Below are positions 28,507-38,109 of a DNA stretch of 64,000 nucleotides, piece after piece. The stretch is from Bacillota bacterium (lineage in GTDB: Bacteria > Bacillota > Clostridia > Acetivibrionales > Acetivibrionaceae), in the NCBI GenBank assembly GCA_023398495.1, contig JAEWSG010000225.1, forward strand, positions 79,316-143,315, given 5' to 3'. The number at the start of each line of letters is the position of its first letter. Position 1 is the stretch's first letter. The notes below the pieces were generated by a model. That model was not told the origin of the DNA, did no database searches, and worked only from the letters and a program-made list of their open reading frames with translations. A program made the position numbers and the translations under genes.

Positions 28507-29631
28507 TTGAAAAATAGAATTATATTTTTTGGCATTGCAATTATTTCTGTTGCCATAGCAGCCATTATACTATTCTCCGGAGGAAAAGAGACGGGGGTAG
28601 ATGTAGTCGGAGGTAAAAAACTTACTTTAAATATTATTGGAATGACGGGAACTGGAAGCAATTTTTTAAATGATGCACGGGACGAATTTATTGCCAAAAA
28701 TCCGAAAATAGACATCAACTATATCGGACTTGGAACTTTTGAAGCAGTGGATTATATAGTTGAAGGAAATGATGTTGACGCATGGATATGTGCCGATGAA
28801 ACCGGAACAGAAATGCTTAAATATAATTACTCTAATGAGCATAATGGAGAAAACGTAGTAATAGAGTCAACACCAATTGTTGCATCACCTTTAGTCATTG
28901 TAGGATGGGATGAAAGAATAAGAAACCTTGGAGATATAACGATATCTTCATTATATGATACAGTTTCACAGGGCAAGACCTGGGAAGCGGTTGGGGGCAA
29001 ACCGGAATGGGGATTTGTGAATTTTTCACATACAGATCCGATTGAATCCAACTCAGGTGCACAGTTTGTAACTTTGCTTATTCATGATTTCTACAGCAGA
29101 AACGGTTCTCCTAAAAAGCAATTGACAGTTGAAGATGTGGCTAATGAGAATCTTGTTCAATATGTAAAGTTGTTTGAAAAAAATACTGCAAAACAGGAAG
29201 ATGGCTCCGGAAAGTTTATGCAATCCCTTGTAACTTACGGACCAAGTCGTTACGATATGGGTGCAATTTATGAATACTATGCTCTTGCCAATGTAGAAAA
29301 TGCAAAGGGAAGATGGGGAAATCTCAGGATAGTATACCCTACACCTACAATATGGAGCAACAGACCATTTATAGTATTAAAAGGGAAAAATGCAACCAAC
29401 GAAAAGATTGAAGCCTGCAAAAAGTTCAAGGAATACCTGCTTAGTACGGAAGTACAGCAGAAGGCTATGTTAGAGGGATTCAGGCCAGCAAATATGCAAG
29501 TGTCAGATATATCTTCCCTTGAACAAAAGTATGGGAAGTATGGTTTCAAAAAAGATATTTCGACGGCAGTACCTGCACCGGATGTTAAAGTAATTGAGGC
29601 CATTCAGTCGATGATAAAAAGGATTCAGTAA
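28507..29631 (+). CDS. Membrane-anchored periplasmic-binding-protein-like protein, paralogous to the N-domain of 25965-27665
   Basis: Shared blocks with the VWA lipoprotein: 'HTDPIESNSGAQF' vs 'HTHPAKSNSGLNA', 'IYEYYALANVEN' vs 'LYEYMVANMNVN', 'IVYPTPTIWSN' vs 'AIYPNEGTIWGD'. Confidence 0.7.
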   Translation: MKNRIIFFGIAIISVAIAAIILFSGGKETGVDVVGGKKLTLNIIGMTGTGSNFLNDARDEFIAKNPKIDINYIGLGTFEAVDYIVEGNDVDAWICADETGTEMLKYNYSNEHNGENVVIESTPIVASPLVIVGWDERIRNLGDITISSLYDTVSQGKTWEAVGGKPEWGFVNFSHTDPIESNSGAQFVTLLIHDFYSRNGSPKKQLTVEDVANENLVQYVKLFEKNTAKQEDGSGKFMQSLVTYGPSRYDMGAIYEYYALANVENAKGRWGNLRIVYPTPTIWSNRPFIVLKGKNATNEKIEACKKFKEYLLSTEVQQKAMLEGFRPANMQVSDISSLEQKYGKYGFKKDISTAVPAPDVKVIEAIQSMIKRIQ

Positions 29632-29661
29632 TGCTAAAAAGCACTGAGTATAAAAGCAATA

Positions 29662-29715
29662 TTTTGTCTGGTACTTTTAACCCGAACAAAATATTGCTTT
29701 CATTTTAAAGATTTA
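29662..29715 (+). terminator. Rho-independent terminator of the three-gene PBP/VWA operon
   Basis: AAAGCAATATTTTG…CAAAATATTGCTTT (14 bp) followed by a T-rich run. Confidence 0.55.
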
Positions 29716-29821
29716 TTAAGCTATACAATTTTTTCGTCCAGAGTAGGAACTTATATTTTAGTCGTACCGTGCGCATATTATTTAAGTGAAGAAAATTATG
29801 GAATAAACATAAATTTCTGGA

Positions 29822-29852
29822 ATATTTTTCTTCACATTTATTAAATGCACCC
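29822..29852. repeat. 31-nt sequence identical to 48603-48633 (ATATTTTTCTTCACATTTATTAAATGCACCC). Forms the 3' arm of an imperfect large hairpin
   Basis: Exact identity read directly. Both copies lie at the 3' ends of convergent genes. Confidence 0.5.
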
Positions 29853-29861
29853 AGTCGTACC

Positions 29862-30068
29862 TTACCAGGGATCTTTCGAATAAGGTTTTTTAGGTATTAC
29901 AAAGCTGCAAATAATATATGCCAAAATTGCAGTTCCGAAGGATGCGAGTGCAAGTAAAACACATACAATTCTAGCAAGAGTTGAGTCAATGCCAAAGTAT
30001 TCGCCAATTCCGCCACAAACACCTGCTAACTTTTTATCTGTATCAGAAAGATATAATTTTTTCTCCAT
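29862..30068 (-). CDS. PspC-domain membrane protein
   Basis: 'DKKLAGVCGGIGEYFGIDSTLARI' PspC motif followed by a TM helix. GAGGTG RBS. Confidence 0.75.
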   Translation of the reverse strand: MEKKLYLSDTDKKLAGVCGGIGEYFGIDSTLARIVCVLLALASFGTAILAYIICSFVIPKKPYSKDPW

Positions 30069-30188
30069 ATCAAAACACCTCGTTTTTGTTATTATTTATA
30101 ATTATTATACGATATTATAATTAATGTGTCTGATAAATATTAAAAAATTTTGAGATATTAATAAAAAGCAATAAAAAGCCCAAAGATA

Positions 30189-30217
30189 TTGACAAATCAA
30201 GGTCTATACTATATATT
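30189..30217 (+). promoter_or_regulatory. SigmaA-like promoter TTGACA-N17-TATATT driving the NfeD-flotillin-giant ATPase operon
   Basis: Read directly, about 105 nt upstream of the 30323 ATG. Divergent from the PspC gene. Confidence 0.35.
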
Positions 30218-30322
30218 TACATTTAGAGAAAGTATATTTTTATTAACTATCTTCTGAAGAATAAATGTCTTGTACAATTAATTCAAAGCAGATACAAATT
30301 CCCAAAGCAAAGGAGACAGGTT

Positions 30323-30946
30323 ATGCTCGAATTGCTTAAGACATCTATAACAGGTGTAAATCTTATTCCCACTACTCTTCTGGGAATAGTAATCTTGTAC
30401 TGGATCATAGTTATAATTGGAGCTATTGATATCGATTTCTTCGATTTTGACCTTGACCTACCGGAAGGTGATCTTGTTAGTAGCCCGTTTTACGATTTCC
30501 TGGGATTCTTGAATATCGGCGATCTTCCTTTTATGCTTGTATTAAGTATTTTCAGCTTGTCCTTCTGGGTAATTGCCATGATTATAAGTGTTTTATCCTT
30601 TGTATCTGCAACGTGGATAATTGCCCTTCTGCTAATACCAAATGTAGTGGTTAGTTTGTTTGTTACAAAGGCGGTTACACAGCCATTAAAGGGCTTATTC
30701 AGAGGAATATTGAAGGATGTAGGAAGCGAGACAAAAATTGAGGGTCAGATTTGTACTGTTTTGTGCGATATTACTTATGGACGTTTAGGTCAGGCTGAGA
30801 TAGATAGAGTTGGGTCGTCTATTCTGATCAATGTAAAGGTTGACGATGAGCAAGAGGCGATGTGCAAGGGAGATAAGGCATTTGTTGTAAAAAAAGATCT
30901 GGATAAGGATTGCTATATTATTAAAAAATTTGAAGGAGTGAGGTAA
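30323..30946 (+). CDS. NfeD-like membrane protein (YqiJ-like): N-terminal TM helices plus C-terminal OB-fold
   Basis: TM-rich N-half. C-terminal 'GQICTVLCDITYGRLGQAEIDRVGSSILINVKVDD' OB-fold like NfeD. 5-nt gap to the flotillin gene. Confidence 0.7.
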   Translation: MLELLKTSITGVNLIPTTLLGIVILYWIIVIIGAIDIDFFDFDLDLPEGDLVSSPFYDFLGFLNIGDLPFMLVLSIFSLSFWVIAMIISVLSFVSATWIIALLLIPNVVVSLFVTKAVTQPLKGLFRGILKDVGSETKIEGQICTVLCDITYGRLGQAEIDRVGSSILINVKVDDEQEAMCKGDKAFVVKKDLDKDCYIIKKFEGVR

Positions 30947-30950
30947 AAAG

Positions 30951-33050
30951 ATGCCTGAAATAACACAAATTATAGTAGTTGCTGTAGTTGCTAGTGTCAT
31001 CATTATTTTTGGGATGCTTGCATTGTTTTCAAGGTTTTACCGCAAGGTAGACCAGGGTAAGGTTATTGTACGTAATGGTGTCGGAGGTCCCGTAGTATCC
31101 TTTGGGGGCATACTGGTTGTTCCTATACTGCATCATGCAGAGGTTATGAATATTTCGGTAAAAAGAGTTGAGATTGCCAGAGAAGGTAAGGACGGCCTTG
31201 TTTGTAAGGATAATTTGAGAGCTGATATAAGAGTTGCATTTTTTGTGCGTGTAAACCAAACAAAGGAAGATGTATTGAAAGTTGCACAACTAATAGGTTG
31301 TGCCAAGGCCTCGGATCCAGAAACATTGATGGAGTTCTTTGATGCCAAATTTTCCGAAGCACTAAAAACTGTGGGTAAGCAGTTTGACTTCGTACAACTC
31401 TATACTGAAAGAGAAAAATTTAAAGAAGAGATACTTCAGATTATAGGTACAGATCTTAATGGATATGCACTTGACGATGCTGCTATTGATTACCTTGAGC
31501 AGACTGATGTGGGTAAGTTGAATAGCAGCAATATATTGGACTCCGAAGGTATCAAAAAGATTACAGAGTTGACTGCAAAGCAGTTGGTGCTTGCAAACCA
31601 GATAGAACGTGACAAGCAAAAGACCATCAAACAGCAGGATATTGCTGCTAGAGAAGCAATTCTGGAACTCGAAAAACAGAACCAGGAAGCTGAAGCACGT
31701 CAAGCAAGGGAAATTGCCATTATCAGAGCCCGAGAACAGGCGGAAGCCGACAAAGTAGCACAGGAAGAACGCCTTAAGGCTGAAATGGCCCGCATAAAGA
31801 CAGAAGAAGAGATTTCCGTTGCAGAAGAAAATAAACAGAGACAGATTATTGTTGCACAAAAATCAAAAGAAAGTACGGAAGTAATTGAAGCCGAACGTGT
31901 TGATAGAAAACGATTGCTCGAAAAGACAGAAAAAGATAAGCTTGTGGAGCTTGCTGAAATAGAAAAGCTCAAGTCGGTAGAAGAAGAGAAGAAGAACATC
32001 CAGACAGTTATCCGTGAGAGGGTTGCAGTTGAAAAGGATGTAGTTATTGAAGAAGAAAAGATCAAGGATACCCGTGCAATTGCTGAAGCAGAGCGTATTA
32101 AGGCTGTGGCACTTAAGAAAGCTGAAGAGGAAGCTGAGATGAAGTTAATTCTGGAAGTTAAAACCGCAGAAGCATCAAAACAAGCCTCGGAGAAACTTGC
32201 AGAACAGAAAATAATTGAGGCTGAGGCAAAACTTAAATCCTCAGAAAAAGAGTCAGAGGCAATAAAGACCCTAGTTGATGCAGAAGTGCTGCAGGAAGCT
32301 ACAAAGGGACTTGCTGAGGCTCGGGTTATTGAAGCAAAGGCAAATGCTATTGAAAAAGAAGGTGCTTCAAAGGCAAAGGTTTTAGAGACTACTGCCCAAG
32401 CTGAAGCAAAGGCTATAGAAATGAGAGCACTCGCTGAAGCTAAAGGCGAAGAAGCAAAGGTAAATGTTAAGGAAAAGGCAGGAACTGTTGAAGCTGATAT
32501 TATGTCCAAGAAATTCCGTGCAGAAGCCGAAGGCATTGCTGAAAAGGCAAACAGCATGAGGGCACTTGATGAAGCCGGCAGATCCCATGAAGAGTTCAAG
32601 CTAAGACTTGAAAAAGAAAAAGAAATTGAGCTTGCGAATATCAATATCCAGAAGGATATTGCAGAGTCACAGGCTTCAGTTATCAGAGAGGCTCTTAAAA
32701 CTGCCAAGATTGATATTGTTGGAGGCGAGACCATGTTCTTTGACAAGATCATAGGTAGTGTTTCCCAAGGTAAGTCGTTTGATCGCATGGTAAACAGCAG
32801 TGAAGTACTCAAGGATATCAAAGATACATTTATTGTGGGTGATCCTGAATATTTCAGATCCCAGTTACAGAACTTTACTTCAAGGTTTAACATAACCTCG
32901 GAGGATTTAAAGAACTTAACCATTTCCGGTGCTATAAATAAAATGATGCTTAAGGCAGATTCAAAGGATATTCCTGTTCTCTCAAAGCTTCTAGAAGCTG
33001 TGGAAAAGGCAGGTTTTGCAAGCCAATCTGCTTCATTAATAGAAAAGTAG
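30951..33050 (+). CDS. Flotillin-like SPFH/band-7 protein (YqiK type) with a very long E/A/K-rich coiled coil
   Basis: N-terminal TM, SPFH core 'KVIVRNGVGGPVVSFGGILVVPILH…', about 400 aa of EA repeats. Confidence 0.85.
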   Translation: MPEITQIIVVAVVASVIIIFGMLALFSRFYRKVDQGKVIVRNGVGGPVVSFGGILVVPILHHAEVMNISVKRVEIAREGKDGLVCKDNLRADIRVAFFVRVNQTKEDVLKVAQLIGCAKASDPETLMEFFDAKFSEALKTVGKQFDFVQLYTEREKFKEEILQIIGTDLNGYALDDAAIDYLEQTDVGKLNSSNILDSEGIKKITELTAKQLVLANQIERDKQKTIKQQDIAAREAILELEKQNQEAEARQAREIAIIRAREQAEADKVAQEERLKAEMARIKTEEEISVAEENKQRQIIVAQKSKESTEVIEAERVDRKRLLEKTEKDKLVELAEIEKLKSVEEEKKNIQTVIRERVAVEKDVVIEEEKIKDTRAIAEAERIKAVALKKAEEEAEMKLILEVKTAEASKQASEKLAEQKIIEAEAKLKSSEKESEAIKTLVDAEVLQEATKGLAEARVIEAKANAIEKEGASKAKVLETTAQAEAKAIEMRALAEAKGEEAKVNVKEKAGTVEADIMSKKFRAEAEGIAEKANSMRALDEAGRSHEEFKLRLEKEKEIELANINIQKDIAESQASVIREALKTAKIDIVGGETMFFDKIIGSVSQGKSFDRMVNSSEVLKDIKDTFIVGDPEYFRSQLQNFTSRFNITSEDLKNLTISGAINKMMLKADSKDIPVLSKLLEAVEKAGFASQSASLIEK

Positions 33051-33075
33051 AATTAAACAATAAAACGAGGTGTAA

Positions 33076-36000
33076 GTGACTGTGGATGAAGTCAAAAAAG
33101 GCGAAAAGGCCGAACAAACCGTACAAAAAACTGAGGGATTGGAAAACGGCACATATGAAGTTATAAAAAACCGCTTGATCAAACATGGTAATGACCTCAA
33201 AGAGCGTCTTGAAAAGCTGAATGACGCCAGAAAAAAGGTTTTTGGTTCAATTGATACAACTATTATTGGAAGTGAAAGGCTTATCACAGACAATAACTGT
33301 GTCCCACGAGATATGGTTCCCGTGGGAACTTCCTTTATTTTCGGATATAATGTCTACATGGGGCTAAAGGCGAAGGTGGAGCTTGAGGATGTTTTTTCCA
33401 TGTATGAATATAAGGATCACACCTTTCAAAGGATTAGCCCTGACTTAATTAAAGATAAGCAGTTTTTAGCCGATTTTGCAGAGTTGTACACATATTACAA
33501 AAATACTTTTTTTGCAAAATTTTCATTAATTGAACCCCACCTTTATATGATATTTCAGACCGGCAAGAGTGCTCAGGACATAAAAGCTTTTAAATGGCTG
33601 ATTGACGATGGTAAACTGACATACATTGACAACCGGAGCGATCACGAGGTAAGGTTTCAGAACAAGAGTGAATTTGATTGGATAAGGGTAAGAAGGGAAG
33701 ACCACAGAGATGGGATGTTTCCTCATGTCTCCATTCAGGATAGAGTGTTTGTAGAGACTTTAGGAGGCGACCTTACCATCAAGGTTGAAAATAACACCGA
33801 CAGTGGTAAGGGGATATACTCTGAGGCTGTAGAGGATAAAGATCAAACACTTGATGATGCGGAAATATATTATACACTTCTGGGAAATATTGTATTGCTC
33901 AAGATCAGGCCTTACAAGGAAAAAGATTTCAGGTACTTTGTCTTTAATGACAAGCTTAAAAGCGTTGTACGTATTGACGATATAAAGGATGCCTGCATGT
34001 TGCTTCCTGATGATCATGGTCTCATTTTTCCAAAAGGTTATTACCTTAAAAGCGGAGAATACAAACTATTTGATGTGCCAGTTGACAATTGCATCTTTGA
34101 GCAGAAGGATGAAGCACCTAATGGTGAAGACTATCAGTATTTCTTTTATAACATTGACAGTGGGTCATATCTTATTTACTCATACAATCTTATTGAACAG
34201 ACGGTAGAAACTCCTATCGTGTGCAGTGGTTTTTCTCACTTTGAAAACGGAGAAATGATTGTATTTAAAGCTTCCGATGAGCCGAGGAAAAATCATGCCG
34301 TTCAGATGTGGCAGACACCTTATATGGGCAAAAATTATGTGGTAGAGAAAAAGGACGATTCTATTCTGTTCAAAATAGGAAATAAGGATATAGTTCACTG
34401 CATGGCGGATTGCAGAGTTTTATACAGCCTGATTCAAAAGGGTGAAAGTTATTCGGATATCTATTTAGATATTGTGAAGGAAGCAACCCATATAATAGAT
34501 TCCTACTTCTGGATCTCAAAGGAAGAAGCTTTTGACATAAAACCTGTACTGGCAAACATAAAAGAAGCATCTTCCTCAGCAGTTGCCGAATATGAAAAAG
34601 TCACAAAGATCAGGAATGCTACTGCTTTACAAATCAGTGCAGTGGAGGAAAAAACTCAAAAGCTGCTTAAGGAAATTGAGTATGGTAATTTTGACAGTGT
34701 TGATGATTATGTACAGGTTCTTACCAGCGTAAGAAATGTCAGGGGAGAGATTGTTTCACTTAAGGACTTGCGATATACCAATCTGACTCTTATTGATTCT
34801 TTAGAGGCAAAGGTAAAGGAAAAGAACGAACTGTTTTCGCTTAAATGTGTGGAATTTCTCCTGCAACCTGAAGGCTTGAAGCCATATATAGACAGGGTGG
34901 TTGAGCATCAGCAAAGAATTGACGGAGTTGACAGGACAGCCACAGGTAAAGAACTATCCGATGCGATGGCAAAAACTTCAACAGACCTTGAAATGCTAAT
35001 TGATATTGTAAGTAATTTCAATATTGAAGATGCTACAAAGGCAACGGAGATCATTGAAAATATATCCTCAATATATTCTCAGTTAAATCAGGCAAAAGCA
35101 AGGCTCAAAACCCGTATGGGAGAAATGGCAAGTGTTGAAGGAACTGCTAAATTTATCTCACAGATGAAGCTTTTAGATCAGGCTGTAGTAAATTACCTTG
35201 ATATAGCTGATACAACAGAAAAGTGTGAGGATTACTTAAGTAAGGTAATGGTTCAGATAGAAGAACTTGAAGGAAAGTTTGCCGACTTTGACGACTATGT
35301 TGTAAAATTGTCAGAAAAGCGTGAGGAACTCTATAATGCTTTTGAGGCGAGGAAACAGATGCTTCTGGAAAACAGAAGCAAAAAAGTGACTGCTCTCCTC
35401 AATGCTTCTGACCGGATATTAAATGGAATTGTAAACAGACTCAAAAACTTTGACACAGTTAACGAGATAAACGGCTATTTTGCATCGGATATAATGATCG
35501 GGAAGGTTCGGGACACCATTGATCAGCTTGAGGCTCTTGGAGATACTGTTAAAGCTGATGAAATTCAGGGAAGGCTTAAGACCATTAAGGAAGATGCGGT
35601 TCGTCAGCTCAAAGACAGGCAGGAGCTGTATGTAGGAGGAAAAAATGTTATAAAATTCGGTAACCGTTATTTCTCTGTTAATACCCAAAAGCTGGATTTG
35701 TCATTGGTGCAGAAGGATGGGGAACTTTATTTTCATATATCCGGTACTGATTTTTGGGACAAATTGACAGATGAAAGGCTTAACAAATTTCGCCATGTTT
35801 GGGATCAAAGTCTGGTATCTGAGAACAATGAGGTGTACCGAGCCGAATACCTGGCTTATAAGATTTTTATGGCTGCTTTGAAGAGAGAGACTGTATCTAT
35901 TGACCAGCTTCATACTTATTCAGATGACCAGCTCTTGCTGTTTATACAGAAGTTTATGGAGCCGAGGTATCAGGAAGCTTATACCAAAGGGGTTCACGAT

Positions 36001-38109
36001 GCAGATTGCCAAGTTATACTCAGAGCTTTAGTGAATCTGCATACAAACATTGATCTGCTGATATATAATTCTAGGGCAAGAGCTATGGCACAGCTTTTCT
36101 GGTCACGCTTCGGGAAGCCTGTAAAAGACAAATTCAGTTTGCGGCTTAAAGAATTGGCTAAAGTATCCGGGTTTTTTAAGACGGAACCGGATTTGAGTGC
36201 TTATGTTCCGGAAATGATAAGTGCCATGCAGGAAGCATTTTCAACTATAACTTTTGTGGATAAAGAACTTATAGGAGAGGCTTCCTTATACCTTTGCAAT
36301 GAATTGATGAGAGGCGACAGATTTGTAATAAGCCTTGAGGCAGAAGAAATATACAGCACTTTTATGTCGCACCTGAAAGAAAAGAGGGCTTTAGAGCAGT
36401 TCGACAAATCGATGAAGAATATTGAAAATGATCTGGAAGGTTTGTTCTACCTTGTTCGTGAATGGCTTAATGCATTTTTTAAGGACACAGGTATGAGCAA
36501 ATCAAAAGATGTAATATATGAAGTGATTGTTCTACTGATTTTAAACAGCTTCAGTAGCTCAAGTGTGATAAAAACAAGGACAGAACTCGAAGTAACAGGC
36601 CTTGTTGGAAGTCATCCAATTATTAAAGATAGTAAATTTATATCGTCATACACGGAATTTCTGGAAAAGCTTAATATATATGAAAAGACAACGGTTAAAG
36701 ATTATATCGAATTTCAGAATCTGAAGAAGGAGCTTACGCAAAATTATAGAGATGAACTCAGGTTGGATGAATTTAAATCCGATGTTCTTTCTTCCTTTGT
36801 CAGGAATAAGCTTATAGACAAGGTTTATTTACCGCTTATCGGGGATAATCTTGCAAAACAGATTGGTGTGGCAGGTGAGGATAAGAGAACTGATTTAATG
36901 GGAATGTTGTTGCTTATATCTCCACCAGGCTACGGAAAAACTACACTTATGGAATACATTGCGAGCCGTTTGGGAATAACCATGGTAAAGGTAAACGGGC
37001 CTGCTATCGGAAATGAGGTTACTTCTCTTGACCCAGCACTGGCAAAGAGTACCGGGGCAAAAGAGGAAATAAAGAAACTTAATCTGGCTTTTAAGATGGG
37101 AAATAATGTAATGATTTACATTGATGATATACAGCATTGTAACCCTGAGTTTTTACAGAAGTTCATTCCGCTCTGTGATGGTCAGCGCAGGATTGAAGGT
37201 GTATATAAAGGGGTTGGCCAGACCTATGACCTTAGAGGTAAAAAAGTTGCCGTTGTTATGGCTGGAAATCCTTATACTGAAAGCGGTTCCAAATTTCAGA
37301 TACCCGATATGCTTGCAAACAGGGCAGACGTATACAACCTTGGTGACATGCTTAGAGAAAATGAGGATGCGTTTATGCTCAGCTACATTGAAAACGGTCT
37401 TACTTCAAACCCTGTTTTAAACAAACTTGCAACTAAAAGTCAGAAAGATGTTTATACTCTTATCGAGATTGCGAAAAGCGGTGTCCAGGAAGGACTTGAT
37501 TTTGAAGGCAACTATACAGCAGAAGAGATTAGTGAATTTGTTGCAGTCATAAAAAAGCTGTTCAAGGTTCGAGATATTGTGCTTAAAATAAACATGGAAT
37601 ACATCAGGTCTGCAGCTCAGGCTGATGAATACAGGAATGAACCAGCGTTTAAACTTCAGGGTTCATATAGAAATATGAATAAGATTGCTGAGAAGGTATT
37701 ACCTGTTTTAAATGATGAAGAGCTTGATGCTTTGATCTTAGGGACATATGAAAACGATGCACAAACTCTGACAACAGGCTCAGAGGCTAACATGCTCAAA
37801 TGGAAGGAACTTGTGGGTTGTCTTAATGAGCAGGAAGCAGTCCGTTGGCAGGAAATTAAGAGCGTTTTTAATAAGAACAAACTTGTTAAGGGTGACGATA
37901 AGCTTGGGCAGGCTGTAATGATGCTTGGTGAGTTTAGTGAAAAACTCGGAATAATAAGCGGGGTATTGGCCGAGGGCGTGGAGAAACATAGAAATGAAGC
38001 ATCAACACTTTCTAACCTGGTTGATGCAGTGACACAGTTAAAAGAGGTTCATGGAATGGGAGTTACAAGCTTTTTGGAGCGATTATCACAAAAGAAAAAG
38101 GATTATTAG
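33076..38109 (+). CDS. Giant 1677-aa protein: N-terminal beta-rich domain, long helical middle, and a classical AAA+ ATPase module near the C-terminus (Walker A 'SPPGYGKTT' at about aa 1270; Walker B / sensor 'VMIYIDDIQHCNP' at about aa 1345)
   Basis: Uninterrupted 5 kb ORF with a GAGGTG RBS, 26 nt after the flotillin stop. The motifs resemble the RuvB/DnaA-clade 'IDEIHRxN'. No family assignable by eye. Confidence 0.8.
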   Translation: MTVDEVKKGEKAEQTVQKTEGLENGTYEVIKNRLIKHGNDLKERLEKLNDARKKVFGSIDTTIIGSERLITDNNCVPRDMVPVGTSFIFGYNVYMGLKAKVELEDVFSMYEYKDHTFQRISPDLIKDKQFLADFAELYTYYKNTFFAKFSLIEPHLYMIFQTGKSAQDIKAFKWLIDDGKLTYIDNRSDHEVRFQNKSEFDWIRVRREDHRDGMFPHVSIQDRVFVETLGGDLTIKVENNTDSGKGIYSEAVEDKDQTLDDAEIYYTLLGNIVLLKIRPYKEKDFRYFVFNDKLKSVVRIDDIKDACMLLPDDHGLIFPKGYYLKSGEYKLFDVPVDNCIFEQKDEAPNGEDYQYFFYNIDSGSYLIYSYNLIEQTVETPIVCSGFSHFENGEMIVFKASDEPRKNHAVQMWQTPYMGKNYVVEKKDDSILFKIGNKDIVHCMADCRVLYSLIQKGESYSDIYLDIVKEATHIIDSYFWISKEEAFDIKPVLANIKEASSSAVAEYEKVTKIRNATALQISAVEEKTQKLLKEIEYGNFDSVDDYVQVLTSVRNVRGEIVSLKDLRYTNLTLIDSLEAKVKEKNELFSLKCVEFLLQPEGLKPYIDRVVEHQQRIDGVDRTATGKELSDAMAKTSTDLEMLIDIVSNFNIEDATKATEIIENISSIYSQLNQAKARLKTRMGEMASVEGTAKFISQMKLLDQAVVNYLDIADTTEKCEDYLSKVMVQIEELEGKFADFDDYVVKLSEKREELYNAFEARKQMLLENRSKKVTALLNASDRILNGIVNRLKNFDTVNEINGYFASDIMIGKVRDTIDQLEALGDTVKADEIQGRLKTIKEDAVRQLKDRQELYVGGKNVIKFGNRYFSVNTQKLDLSLVQKDGELYFHISGTDFWDKLTDERLNKFRHVWDQSLVSENNEVYRAEYLAYKIFMAALKRETVSIDQLHTYSDDQLLLFIQKFMEPRYQEAYTKGVHDADCQVILRALVNLHTNIDLLIYNSRARAMAQLFWSRFGKPVKDKFSLRLKELAKVSGFFKTEPDLSAYVPEMISAMQEAFSTITFVDKELIGEASLYLCNELMRGDRFVISLEAEEIYSTFMSHLKEKRALEQFDKSMKNIENDLEGLFYLVREWLNAFFKDTGMSKSKDVIYEVIVLLILNSFSSSSVIKTRTELEVTGLVGSHPIIKDSKFISSYTEFLEKLNIYEKTTVKDYIEFQNLKKELTQNYRDELRLDEFKSDVLSSFVRNKLIDKVYLPLIGDNLAKQIGVAGEDKRTDLMGMLLLISPPGYGKTTLMEYIASRLGITMVKVNGPAIGNEVTSLDPALAKSTGAKEEIKKLNLAFKMGNNVMIYIDDIQHCNPEFLQKFIPLCDGQRRIEGVYKGVGQTYDLRGKKVAVVMAGNPYTESGSKFQIPDMLANRADVYNLGDMLRENEDAFMLSYIENGLTSNPVLNKLATKSQKDVYTLIEIAKSGVQEGLDFEGNYTAEEISEFVAVIKKLFKVRDIVLKINMEYIRSAAQADEYRNEPAFKLQGSYRNMNKIAEKVLPVLNDEELDALILGTYENDAQTLTTGSEANMLKWKELVGCLNEQEAVRWQEIKSVFNKNKLVKGDDKLGQAVMMLGEFSEKLGIISGVLAEGVEKHRNEASTLSNLVDAVTQLKEVHGMGVTSFLERLSQKKKDY

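Noticed and set aside
31700-32923. 407-aa minus-strand ORF antisense to the flotillin gene (Ser/Ala-rich low complexity)
   Set aside because: It lies entirely within the well-supported flotillin CDS. Its composition is the mirror image of the E/A/K coiled-coil codons. No RBS.
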